Shown: piece by piece, positions 41,294-52,964 of the stretch
How the letters are laid out: the number at the start of each line of letters is the position of its first letter
Position numbering within the stretch: position 1 is the first letter of the stretch
Assembly (NCBI GenBank): GCA_012295275.1
Contig: CM022670.1
Coordinates: 36,952,001-37,016,000 of the forward strand
Length of the DNA stretch: 64,000 nucleotides
DNA from: Chrysomallon squamiferum
Lineage: Eukaryota; Animalia; Mollusca
Direction of reading: 5' to 3'
Translations under genes and position numbers: made by a program
The notes under the pieces: model-generated
What the model was told of the DNA's origin: nothing
Database searches by the model: none
Seen by the model: the letters and a program-made list of their open reading frames with translations, nothing else

Positions 41294-42245
41294 TTTGTTT
41301 ATTATTAACACACATCAAACAATTTTACTGAAAATCCCAATGGTTTTTTTGTTGATAATGACAAATATTAGTTAAATTTCAAAATGCTAATTTTTAATGT
41401 TTCCCTGATGTATACCAACTGTTTATATTAAAATGCAGGAATATATGAATATTTAATAATATTATTTTAATAAGACATTTTTCATTAATGCAGAATATTA
41501 TATCAGCTTTACTTCAACCCCCAGCATTGAATTAATTAATTTTCTGGCATCTCAGACTTTGTGTGTGTCACTGATCAGTTATTCCAGCTAGAATTTCTCT
41601 GATAAAAGTGTCAAGCATTTCATAACATGCTTTTATTTATTAATACACTTCTTTTTGTTTTGGCTGTCGACTTGTTTTGGGTTGATGACATAAATGAAGT
41701 TGATAAATGCTTCAAGTGTTGTAGTTGTTTTTATTTAACTTTATTAAAAATGGATTTAACAGAGAAATCTACTGATAATGAAATGTGGCTTAGTGAAGCT
41801 TATTCTTTCAACATTATCAACACTGTGACATGTAGTTCTATTTGTGAAGGTGTGTAGTGTCAAAGTCAAATAGATTATGAATTTTTAATTTTAAAAAATT
41901 ATTATTATTATTATTATTATTTTTTTTTTTTTTTTTTGTTGTTTTTCTTTGTTAGGGGTTGGTGTTGTTATTTTGAGAGTTTTTAAAATTTTATATATTT
42001 ATTTATTTAATTATTTAGAATAGTTTTCCTTTTCCAGTCATTATTTTTTACTGATTTAAAAAAAATAAAATAAATTTCAGAAGCCATGAATGTGTTTTCC
42101 TATCTTTTGCAAGGTTCATATCATGTTCTTTATTGCTAATTAAAGAGTAGATAGTGGAATGTTAACAGTTTTAAAAACATGAAAAAAATATTTTGTCTTC
42201 TAATTGCTATTAATACTAAAATTTTGAGGTATCATTAAATAGTGT

Positions 42246-42276
<31 letters not shown>

Positions 42277-43749
42277 TTTGTCATTTTTAGGAAGTACTGA
42301 AGGCAAACTCTTCAGATTTCTTCACAGTTGCACTTCGTCCTCATGGAATATTTGGACCAAGAGACCCACATTTAGTACCAACCACAGTAGAATTGGCCAA
42401 AGCTGGCAAAAATAAATTTATTGTTGGGTTAGTACACTTTAATATGTCAGTCAGTTATTTCTTTTCATAGTTCAAAATATTACCAAATTAAGAATAACAT
42501 CAAAAAATGCTAAGAAAAAAAAAAATTGCTGTTACTAGGGCTGGGGGTGCAATTTTTAATAGAAATCTGTTTAAGAAAATTGTTCATTTTTATTTTGTAA
42601 AGTGGAAATTTAACATTTGTGTTTCATACACATTGGGCTGAGGAATGTTCATAGGGTGCAATTTTGTTGTTGTTTTTACATATGGGAGGGGTCCATTGTT
42701 TTATAAGCATGATATCAATAAATAGTAATTTTACTAACATTTCAATAACAAATTTTCCAGTTGTGCAGCTAACTTTTTATTACGAATACCATGTCAAACA
42801 CAGAATATTATTCTTTTGCAAGATGTTCAGGGTTGTTTGGTGTATTTTATGTTTATAATGACAAATATTAATTAGATTTTAAAATGCTAATTTTTAATGT
42901 TTCAGTGATGGGAAAAACGTGGTTGATTTTACATTTGTTACTAATGTTGTCCAAGGTCACATTCTGGCTGCTGAACAAATTGGACCCAATTCACAAATTA
43001 ATGGAAATGTGAGTCTCTTAGATACATTTATTTATTTATTTATTTATCATCATCAGCATCATATGTATCTCGTGACTGAAATAAAAGTGAAATGTTTCAG
43101 TTATGATTTTAAGTCTCCAATTATGATTATTGAACAAAAGAATTATTATTTATTTCACTAATTATGCAATTGTAAAATTATTTTTTGTGAATAAACTATT
43201 ATAAACATTTTTTTTTTTTTTTTTTTTTTTTTTTGTTAATACGTATTTTTCTAATTCTTAATAAAACAAAAAACAAAAAAAAATTCTCACAGCAGTGAAT
43301 CTTGTCAAATATTTTAATTAATTTTTTTTTTTTTTTTTTTAATTTAATTTTATTTCATTCTCTTGTATTCTGTGTATGATCCATATTCTTTTATTTTACA
43401 GGCATATTTCTTGACAAATGATGAACCGTTATTTTTCTGGACATTCCTGTCAAAGATCTTAGTTGGACTTGGCTACAAGGCCCCAAAATACCACTTACCT
43501 TTCACTGTCATCTATTTTATAGCTGTCGTTATTCAGATGTTCTGTGCACTGTTGAAACCTTTCAAGGAAATCCATACCTCTATAACACCCTTTGCAATTT
43601 GTGTTGCTGCTACACACCACTTCTACTGCTGTAAAAAAGCAATCACTGAATTAGGTTACAAACCTTCGGTGTCAGTTGAAGAAGGAATTCAGAAAACTCT
43701 TGAATATTTCTCATATTTAAAAAAGGAGACAGATGATGTTAAGGAATAG
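23422..43749 (+). CDS. NSDHL: Sterol-4-alpha-carboxylate 3-dehydrogenase, decarboxylating (NSDHL), 7 coding exons
   Basis: Exons 23422-23442 (first exon tentative; the alternative is 23415-23435), 24692-24844, 26003-26149, 26552-26680, 42291-42427, 42906-43008 and 43402-43749 join in phase. Motifs: Rossmann [24 protein letters not shown], catalytic [40 protein letters not shown]. Confidence 0.95.
24900..25682. mobile_element. Probable internally deleted DNA transposon in NSDHL intron 2
   Basis: Two CTTTGG(T/C)(G/A)TGTGATCTA copies on the left (about 24905 and 24937) and inverted TAGATCACA...CCAAAG copies on the right (about 25607 and 25661). The interior has a short ORF fragment and a ~21-bp direct repeat. 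Confidence 0.55.
27020..28050 (+). mobile_element. Degenerate, 5'-truncated non-LTR retrotransposon (I/Nimb/Ingi-like) with RT C-terminus and RNase H remnants
   Basis: Broken-frame peptides: [34 protein letters not shown] (post-RT region), VYSDES*DGNS (from YTDGS), ASVFT (from SIFTAE), [16 protein letters not shown] (from WVPSHVGIxGNE). Many stops and deletions. Confidence 0.85.
32073..33377 (+). CDS. LRR-Ig-TM (LIG family) membrane protein, paralog A, 434 aa, intronless CDS, nested in NSDHL intron 4
   Basis: Signal peptide, Cys N-cap, about 7 LxxLxLxxN repeats, LRRCT ([11 protein letters not shown]...C..P), I-set Ig ([15 protein letters not shown]...NGTL...G.WTVLAHN.AG), TM helix, short basic tail. 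Confidence 0.92.
   Translation: MELFSNSCNLKLQIIIGLFVLQNMVNKSVASSDCSPIVNTIDRIRCTGPNLKNITRNAKALIVNGIPSNPIRLNKINRSIFTGLNLTEIFISFTDLTDVDEDSFQDLKQLRRVVLKNNQIGKIHKGTFHGLKFLEMIDLSGNEYCHIESGAFSGLNSLRHLYLGNMKLGSLDESSFQGLNSLIDFDLHGNNLQHLTNSIISSFPKLQSLDLTSNNLKTLSKDLKPALTRLRHVSLSDNPWQCNCDLEWMKNSTNLTVTENRQHYFDMIICYGPSSLRYRPLIDVPRSEMPCIPPKIIQCGGPYEVTEGRNLRLHCEAKGDPFPDFIWKSPSGLSINSNKQTDRYVTMDNGTLLILAVNLHVNGHWTVLAHNNAGNDSSSFEVHVQKKNNKNNEIYLIAGGVGAGTLLTAVTIIVCCFYHGSKNKISPRNNNNKK
35060..35753. mobile_element. 694-bp non-autonomous pogo/Tigger-like element inserted in a (TA)n run between the two LRR-Ig genes
   Basis: TA|CAGTGGTACCTGTCT ... AGACAGGTGCCACTG|TA: terminal inverted repeats with 1 mismatch in 15 bp. 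Confidence 0.85.
36313..37734 (+). CDS. LRR-Ig-TM (LIG family) membrane protein, paralog B, 473 aa (start could be the ATG at 36337), intronless CDS, nested in NSDHL intron 4
   Basis: Same architecture as paralog A, plus a (VTT)3 stalk and the polybasic tail [20 protein letters not shown]. Confidence 0.92.
   Translation: MNFGRQYTMERCSCLLKLRVHYFIVFFVLQTVIFESLASSDCNPIVNTIDRIRCTGPNLKNITRNAKALIVNGIPSNPIRLNKINRSIFTGLNLTEIFISFTDLTDVEEDSFQDLKQLRRIVLRNNQIGQIHKGTFHGLKFLEMIDLSGNQYCSIESGTFSGLSSLRQLYLGNMKLRSLDESTFQGLNSLLMLDLHGNKLQSIPNNVISSFPKLQLLDLKSNNLKTLSKDLKPTLIRIHHLSLSDNPWQCHCDMDWMKELNNLTFFRNRNHYSEMIICYEPMNLQYRPLFDVPSSELICIPPKIIQCGGPYHVMEGSSLAIHCETKGFPFPDFTWLSPSGLSISSNNKKDTSGFVTTDNGTLVISVVTVTSRGIWKVLAKNSRGNDSSGFEVNVQAVTTVTTVTTVSAVEINTGEKKKTDDNSMILIAAGAGGGGFLLIVTITGCCLYHQSKNNKVKPKKRKNGAGKGRKKGK
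39253..39362. repeat. Compound (TG)n(AG)n and (ATTG)n microsatellite
   Basis: Seen directly. Confidence 0.9.
40976..41292. repeat. Tandem duplication of a ~90-bp unique segment bracketed by (GT)n tracts (~140-bp period)
   Basis: TTTCAGTATGTACATATTATAATCATAACTTTC...ATGCATAATAGTAGTAG occurs at about 41008 and 41149, each copy flanked by GT repeats. Confidence 0.9.
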
Positions 43750-45119
43750 TGGAACTCTACAGAAAATCTTGGATGGTTTTTAATTTTCTATTTTTCTAAA
43801 GAAATCATGAACATCCAATGATAAAAATCTTAGTTAATAGAATGGTTTCACCATTTTTTGATGCAGTAATTAGCGGGACTAATTTATTTCAGCATCACTG
43901 TTGAATTAGAATTAAAATGTATTCAGAGTAAATAAAACACTAAGAAAAACATGACGTATAATAAGAATTAATTCCAATTCAAACAAATGATTTGTGGATA
44001 CTCAGTCTTTCATGTCATTTTTTTTACCTCATAGGTGTTTTAAAAGATATCAGTATTCTATAAAACGATATCTATTTTAGTAAATCTGCTTATGATTTTT
44101 AGTTTAAATATTATTATTATTATTACAGATATTATATATATATATATATGTATGTATGTATGTATTTTTTAATATGTCATTTGATTATGTCACCTTCATC
44201 TAATTTATGTTTGTCTATGACACATTCTTTATATAATTTGTGTGGCAGCATAGGATAACCAGTCACATGGTGAAAATGATCAAGACTCAGGTTTTGATGG
44301 AATAAGATAAACCACATTCTACAGATCAAAATACTTTCCAATGATATGTGATCCATGGTGGTGCAATGTCAGAGACTTTTAATGAATCTTGACAAAATAA
44401 ATTCGTAGTTTTAGCATAATAATTTTTATTATATTAATTAATATTTTGATAGGTTACACAAAAATATAAAGAAGATGGTTTATTGATTGATTTTAGCAAA
44501 AAATATATGTAGACATGAAAGTCGAGATATTTTCAAAACTATTTATGGAGGAAAAAAAATTGGACTGCATTGGACTGCATTAATAGGCTGTAGCTCAAAA
44601 TTACATACAATGACATCCAACTGGTTATCTTATGCTGCCAAACATTTCATTAAATTGTATCATTAATTAATAATGAATTGAAACACAGCGCCATACATTT
44701 CACATTGTTTTTGCACCTGTATTACTGTTATGTGATTAAAAAATCATCCTATCTTTACAATTTTAAAATTATTTTATCTAATTAGTCTAATATCTACACG
44801 TTTTCTTTATTATTTATATGAAAATATTCAAGAGAAAAAATAATAAATGTTGAATTTCATTTGTTGTCTGTTCAGTGTACAGTTTGCTATAAATGACACC
44901 TTTATATGTTAATAAAAGATTTGTCAGACTGTCTTCATTTCTAAATTCATAATTTTAGTAAATTTTATTTTATATATGTCAGGATATTCAAGTAAAAGAT
45001 TTCCAAATTATATCTCTGGGACTGTTTTAAGAAATTATAATTGGAATTTACTCTAATAATTTGTTACATAAAATTATGTAAATATATCATTGAAAAATAA
45101 AAACATAAAAAAACAACTT

Positions 45120-45165
<46 letters not shown>

Positions 45166-45518
45166 TAATTTAAAAATGTATAAATCTGATCATTTAAAAG
45201 TTTTTATTGTTTGATGGATAAATTTGTGAAATGACAGTGATCTTATAGTAATTGTTTGAGAACTGATTTATTTATGGTTCTGTTCTATCAGTTATTTAGA
45301 ACATTCTTGACTTGTACAATCTAATGTACTTTACTATGAAATACAGAGCTGTTAAAACAAGTAAAGCATAATTTTTAAAATATTTTTTTTAAATTAAATG
45401 TAACAAAAACCCAGATACAATTTATGTAACTTCTTGTAGGGATGTTAATCAGTATTTTGACGGACAAGATAAAACAAAATTGGACTAAATGTTTCAAGTA
45501 CTCGAAGCTATTCCCTGA

Positions 45519-48500
45519 TTATTTATTATATTTATAGGATGGCAGAGGAACAGCTTTGTATGTTAATTTAATATAAGGATCAACCAGTGGTAAATACCAG
45601 TATTCAAAGTTGTAGAAAAAATAAAACTTGTTCTCGAATTTTATATCATAGAAGATAGCAATAAGACTTTCGATTAAATGTTCAAAATTCTGGTGTGATT
45701 GAAAATTTCTGTAAAATTCAAGAATGTCATTGGCTAAAGTTTTGTTAGATCCTGGTCCAAACACTTTAGCTTTGTCTCCCAGAAATACAGGTTCTTTGCT
45801 GTACAGGTTGATCCGAGTGTAGTTCAGCATCACACTGTTATTGAATTTTCCACCTAGTTTACCAATTTGTTGAAAAGCTCTCAAAACCCAGCTAGCACAG
45901 TCAAACGAGTCGAACCACATTTGTCCTCCTGAAAATTGAAGTATTTGGGTGAATTTGTTTAAAGTTTTATATTCAGTGTTTGTGAACGTGCACATTTTAT
46001 ATATTAAACTTCTTACCGTTAATACTAAATCAGGTTACAAAATGTGAGAATTAATTATATTTAGACGAGTTTGTAAATGCAGTTGTAAAAATGTTACCTC
46101 CTTTATATTATGAATGATGATTACTCTTTCATTTTTTTAAAATTTAAATTTACATTAAAAAAAGAAGAAAAAATTAACAGCATATTTTCTTAAACGCATC
46201 TACATACATTTAAAAAAAAAAAAAAAAAATTATATTAAATTCATCCAGTATTCTGTTCCAAATACATAAATACATACTTGGCCAGATAACAAGATGCTTA
46301 AAAAAAAAAAAAAAAATCTCCCAAAGATATACCTGGTTCATTCTTCACTGTCCATGTTTCATAATAGATTCCAGTGTTGTTATCCCATTCAACCCATTTG
46401 CCAAAATCGTTAAAAATTTTACCTGAAAAAACAGTAATTTCTAACTACAAAATATAAACAGAAATTAAATTTGTAGCATTTCAGCTTTGAGAAAAACAAC
46501 ATGCTTTGAAAAAAAAAAATAATAATAAATAATAAAATATTTGTTAGAAGTCACCAAAAACTGTCTCCATAACAGTATATTACAAAGCACTTGTTTAAAT
46601 ACGATTTCAACAGTACGAACTGTATTTGTGATAAAATATGACCTAACAAATTCCCTTCTAAAAAAGGCTAAAATGCATGCATATTCTCATTAACTAACTG
46701 TTTATTATGTATGCATAACAATAATTAAATACCAAACAATAAATTACGTAGCGATGTTGAGAAACCGATTTAAAAAACTATATACTTCATATATATATGT
46801 GTGTAAAAAAAAATATTTAAAAAAAAAATGTATACTTAATTTCTAAATTATATAAATTTTATTATTATTTATTATTATTATTATTATTATTTAACATAGC
46901 ACAATGATATTTTCATTTTAAGTGACATGTATCAGAACAATACACCGGTATTTCTACCTGGGATAACAGCTACTTTAATAAGTGTGCCATTTTGTGACCA
47001 ATGAATATCGTCAATGCCGTCGTAAATGCAAGCTGCACCTTGGTTGCACCATTTGAGTGTGTCATTCTGCAGCAGGTGTGGGAACGTACAGTTAAACAGC
47101 TGGAAAAGTTCGTACCATTCCATTGTATAATTCTTTCCAGTGTTGAGATTCTTGAATCCTATTGCGTCGTGCATTATGTTCTACAAAGGATTAAACATAC
47201 TGAACGAAACTGGTTGAAGCTGCATGATTGAGTTTATATCAAATGCAGAGATAATAAAAATATGAAGAATAAAGGAGACAAAATCGCGCTTATTTGTTGA
47301 AGCTTTATACACTCATGCTGACACATATGCATGCATATAAACGCATGCCCACGCACACACACATTCACACAATCGTACAAAATAGCTATGCATTTCAAGG
47401 CAACATAAACTTAATTCACGGACTCTCCTAACAGTATATATATTTTTTAACACAAAACAACAACTAATTAAGTTATCCAGTCATTAAATTTAGTAATTGT
47501 ACATTTATACTTACTAATTTCTTTAATAAATCGCCGAATTTAAATTCCCATACAGGAGCTTTTAGCGCATAAACTTCAATGACATCACTGTCGTTGAATG
47601 TTGGCATCGTATTGGCTTCTCTACCTGTTGGACAAAATGGTATAATGCCTGCTTTGCAATATGGATTGGCTTTTGGACGAGAAGGAAATCGTCTGAAAAT
47701 AAAATAATTTAAAATAATCTTTCTTTTCAATTATTCAATTTGTTCATTGTCGTTTAACCTTTAAATAAAATTGCCTGTAACATAACATTGTTCAAAATGA
47801 TGATCAGTGTGAAATAAACGGATGTGTGTGACAGTGCTTTCTTGTTTAAAGAATAATATTTTTCATATGCAAATTCAGTCCTAACTGATTATTCATCCGT
47901 TTTTAATAAAAGTAGCTATGTAACAGATTCAAAGATGTTTCGTTAAATGTTTTAACTTTAATATAATTTAGACATTTTCCCGCTTTTGTGTTTGTGTGTG
48001 TGTTTGTTTGTTTTATTTATTTTATTATTATCAACATAATTTGATGTCAAATTTATTTATTCTTTTCTAAACTGACAAATAAAAGATTCATCTGTTTTTT
48101 GTGACATAAGATTCATTTGTTTTGAAAATAATCATTCCACATAATCAGCTTTCTTTATCTTATTAATAGTCAATATTTTATTTCTAATTCCAAAATCTAA
48201 AAATTAAATAAATTAAAAAATTAAATTAAATTAAGTATATCCACATCAGTAATAGCAATAGTAGTAGGAGTAGTAGTAGTTGTAGTAATAATAATAGCAA
48301 CAAGAATAAAGAACAGTCGTCTTTATGAATCAGATTGTAAAAACCTTTGTACGACTCGTCTCAGATAATATGTTGTACAAATCACTGGAGCCGCCCTTAA
48401 TTCAAGTCCGTGACGTGTTATAAAATAATACAAACAAAAAAATAATTAAAGAGAAACATCAATGATTTAAAGTGAATACACCCTTACTTGTAAGGAACTG

Positions 48501-48586
48501 GCCATTGACTTCTTTCAGAATAAGAACAGAGAAATTAGAGAACATAAAGACAACAAAATAAAGGACACAAATGTGTACGAAGCCAT
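45519..48586 (-). CDS. CLN5: Ceroid-lipofuscinosis neuronal protein 5 homolog (lysosomal BMP synthase), 5 coding exons; exon 1 carries a frameshift as assembled
   Basis: Exons 48586-48488, 47692-47515, 47180-46958, 46422-46333 and 45928-45519. Motifs: [81 protein letters not shown]. The Cys/His/Glu catalytic residues are present. Confidence 0.95.
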
Positions 48587-48601
48587 GTTAAAACTGAGTT
48601 A

Positions 48602-48638
48602 TCACATGAGAGGTCCAGCAGCGTGAAATATCACATGA
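48602..48638 (-). promoter_or_regulatory. Two M-box/CLEAR-like E-boxes (TCATGTGA) at the 5' end of CLN5
   Basis: TCACATGA at 48602-48609 and 48631-48638, within 55 bp of the ATG. This is the known MiT/TFE (TFEB/MITF) site class. Confidence 0.55.
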
Positions 48639-49867
48639 TAACACTATCTACAAATAAACAGGTTAAGAAATTTGCCGATATGAAATTTTAATATTATCAG
48701 TGGACACCGATGATTTTAAGGTCTGTTATAAAAGGACTTTTATATTCTGTTGTCAATCCAATATCACATAATAATTTAATATAATATTTGTTTCCAGAAT
48801 TCCTTTCATCTTGAGGAATCCAGTAAAAAGAGATATCATATATATAACAACAAACAACAACAAACAAACAAACAAACAAAAAAAAAAAAAAAAAAAAAAA
48901 GAAAGATAAAAAGAGACAATAATATTTGCCAACAACAGGGATTAGAATGAAAAATGCTTATGGGTTTAGAGTTAAGGCTTTGCTTTGAAAAGTCAATCAA
49001 AAATCAATTAATATTATTTTGATTTTCACTACTCTTTTGTCCTCAATATTAAGACCGTTAACTTTTTTCTTCTTTGATTTTAAAGTTATATCCACAACGA
49101 CACTGTCAAAAGGCGTAGCGCCCATTATGCTGTCTGTAATTGAACTGTATTGTATCCTCATCCCTTTCTGAGTAATTAAGGTTCCCATATGTACCAGTTC
49201 TACAGCGTGGAAATCTCTGAACCAGTGTATAATCATAAGCTGACGAGCCTGACGAGTTATGATGACAATTTAAAGACTAGCTGCTGATAATTCCAAAGTG
49301 AAAAAAAAAAAAAAAAAGCCTCATGCTTTATGGCGATAAGAGCATCAGTTGAGTTGTATTATATTTTTATATATATGATAATTTCAAAAAAAACAAAAAA
49401 AATTGGTTTAAAAAAAAAAAAAAATATCTTTTTTTTTTTTTTTTTTTTTTTTATTACGCCATCTTATTACCATTTTAATACTTTTTTTTTCTCGTAAGTA
49501 CTCATAAATAAAACTTTATTAAATATAATAAATAATATAAGATAACAAATCATTAAAATATTCGCCACAATTCAGAATAAAGTCATGCTCATGAGCAGTT
49601 TTAGCACGTGAATTTGTAAATTTATCAATGAAATCAGGCGATCTTCGTTAGCACAAGAAGATACAAGTATGCAGATGTGAAAACATTATTTATTTGTTCT
49701 TTGATTTATTTATTTACTTTTTATAATGAGTTTGTAAATCCTAGTGGCATCTCTTCATTTTTTTCTACTTCTACACCTTCCATTTTTTTTTTTTTTTTTT
49801 TTAATTTATTATTATTATTATTATTAATTACACTTCATGATTTATTTTGATCGTTTATTTTATACTA

Positions 49868-49903
<36 letters not shown>

Positions 49904-51128
49904 ATTATTATTATTATTATTATTATGTTGGTTGCGATGTTCTTTTTTCTTTTCTTTCTTTCTTTCTTTTTTTTTTTTTTTTTTTTTTTTCTAATTTAGT
50001 CATTCTAGTAAAAGATTATCAATCACAATAATGGCACTGTTTGTCGGAAATTCCGACTATATGTAATTCAGTTAATAAACATTAACATAAAATTTACAAA
50101 ATATTCAGTTAATTAAAACGATTAAAATTATCCGATCCAATCCCTGGTCTGACCTCAAATATCTGCACGTGCAAACTAACTGTTTTATTAGTGAATGTAA
50201 TAAACCGAACTTTCTACGGAATTGCCATTCGAGATATCTCGGTCGATTCCGATTCTAACGAAAATATCCGAATATTTGCGATTCGCGGAACTCATAAAAA
50301 GAAAGGGTAATAATAATATTATTAGCTTTTTAAAATAATATTAACAAATATATATAATTATATAACATGTCTTATTTCGTAATTCGTTGTTTTGTTTTTT
50401 TGTTTTTTCTTTTGTCTAATACAATTTATGTCACAGCAAGATCAAATGTATTTCATGAACATTTTCCCATCATTTCTTTTTACTAGCGTGACACTGACAC
50501 AGTTTTTTGTAACAACTAGGCATTTCCGGTTAATTGTAGGGGATAAAATGAATGTGTATAACTGGTACACAGTTTAAAAATTAATTATATGCTTAAGTTT
50601 CTGAGACTTTATATTTCGAAAATTTATTATTATTATTATTATTATTATTTCTTCATTATAATTATTTCCACAACAAATGTCAGAAGTGCAAGTTTTCGTT
50701 ATAATTAAGATTTACATTTTACGATAATATACATTGAAATACAACCATTCAGATGAATAAATTTATGAAATTTAGATGTTAAATAATAGGATTTTGTGAA
50801 CACACTTTTTACTTTCAGTAGACTAGTTAGAACTAGTAGATATTATTAATGTCTGTTTTACAGTGACATAAAAGATGCAACAAATGATTAATTATTATTA
50901 TTTAACATAAGTTTTTGCTATGACAGAACTCTGTCCATAAATATTACAGAAAAATAAATAAATAAATAAAATAAAATAAAATAAAATACAAATATCAGTA
51001 ATTAAATAATTATTTTATAATCTATTTATTATGTTGTTATGTAATTACCATGTTGGTAAATTTTCACACTTTTTTTCATCCTAGAACTTTATTAACCTGG
51101 ATTATATATAAGCTGCTTTGATACTGGT

Positions 51129-52795
51129 ATGTCTGAAAAGGTAATAGTACCTTCACTTTGTTTTTGTACTGGGAATATGATGCATGCACACACACACACA
51201 CACACATACACAAACAAATTCTGAAAATAAAAGGAAATAAAAACATTTAAAAAAAATATCAGTTTATTTTACATTTTTCTTTATCATAAAAGTAATTCTG
51301 TGAGTTTGTTATGCTTTAAAAAAACACATTTATTGGTGACAATAATCAAGTTATATAAACAGATTTTTACAGTTCTTTAATAAATTGGAGGTTACATAAT
51401 AATAAATGGTATTCGTATCATTTATCTTTTAACAACTAATTTTGTAGTAATAATCTGTTTCAGAAAGTTGTATATTGACTGATGAAACTGATATTTATTT
51501 TCAGACAGAAGAAGAAATTCTTAATGAAGTCAGAAATTCAGTTAATGTTGGCGAGGTTTGACATTTTTGAATATTTTTTTTAATAATTATTTCATTTTAT
51601 ATACAATTCATCTGTGACTCCATTTGCAAATAAATATTTTTTCCAATGTTAGTCTTCACAGTGTTTACCAGTTATTTTCATTTATTAAGATCCTATTTTA
51701 TTGTAAATAAAATTTAATTATATTTATTATTAATACTCTTTCTTAATAGTTATTTTTTCATTGAACAATTTTTCATAGGCTTCATTTATTCACAATATAT
51801 TTTTGAAAGCCATATTTATCTAAATATTACAGATACAATTATACTGAGATTTTCAAAAAATAAAATTCCTAAAATAATAAAATATAACTGCTGAAAACTG
51901 AATAACTTTTATATATTAATTAGCAATCTAAGACAATTTGCTATCAAAGTGATTCATACATAATATTCTTATCATTGCTTTACAATGTTTAGTTTATTTG
52001 TTTATATATATTTACTTATTATATATATTTTATACCTCATATAGTTGTATTTTAAAGTCCATTTCATTGTCATATTTATTTTCTTGCCCTGTCTTATATA
52101 AAAAAAAATTGATAGAACATTTGCATTTCCAGTTAGCCTGTTCATTAGTTTGTTTAATTTACTTAATTCTGGGATCAGTCCATTCAGTATGTGTGTTATA
52201 TTTTCTGTTATTTTGTTTATTTTTATACAAAGCTGGTTGATTTGAAGTGGAAACTGGGAATGGCTGTTTCTTCTGATCAGTGCAAACATGTTAATTCTCC
52301 ATTTGTAACTTTGCTGCTGACAGTTTCAGACTCATCAGGCAAAGTTAGGAATCACTCTGTAGAAATGACAACCTCGCAGTTCTTTGTAAGTCTATCTCAA
52401 ACTAATTCTTTACAAATTATTGTCAAAATTTTGTTTTGATGACAAATTAGTTGCAGAATGTCATATTGGTTTCATGTTAATAACAATATTGATGAATAAT
52501 GAAATAAACACATTTGCATTTATTTTACTGATTCTTCTGTATTGAAAAATTGAAATATGCACATATATGTAAGAAATAAATAAAAATCAGTTTATTTACA
52601 TTTACAGCTTTATTTGTTAATTTGTTAATTTACAGTACAGAAGAAGAAAAAAATTGAATTAAATGTGGATACATTACTCACTGGAAAACATCAGTCATAA
52701 TAATGTAAAAGATTTGGGTGCAAATATTTCATTGTCTCAAACATTTCAGATATTCTAAAAGTTGTATTGACAGATGTTGCAAATAATAATAATAT

Positions 52796-52840
<45 letters not shown>

Positions 52841-52964
52841 TATAATTAATAAATTAATATTATTGCTATATTTACAGATTCTTATTTTCTTCTACTTTTA
52901 TTTATTTTAACAGAATCTGTCACATCAGCTGAAGGAGATAGCTTCACAAATGGAGACAATTTAA
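51129..52964 (+). CDS. COMMD6: COMM domain-containing protein 6, short form (~88 aa)
   Basis: Exons 51129-51140 (MSEK), 51505-51555, 52233-52385 and 52914-52964. LVDLKWKLGMAVSSDQC...PFVTLLLTVSDSSG...EMTTSQF-NLSHQLKEIASQMETI* matches COMMD6 (LVDFQWKLGMAVSSD...EIAAVIETV). The first two exons are less certain. A probable non-coding exon ends at the donor near 50306. Confidence 0.9.

Noticed and set aside
48515-48517. Selenocysteine or readthrough at the CLN5 exon 1 TGA
   Set aside because: Readthrough stays in the wrong frame for WPVPYK and exon 2, and no SECIS was recognised.
50230-50241. Palindrome CGAGATATCTCG near the COMMD6 5' end
   Set aside because: It lies in a likely promoter but matches no motif I can name with confidence, and it is too short to call.
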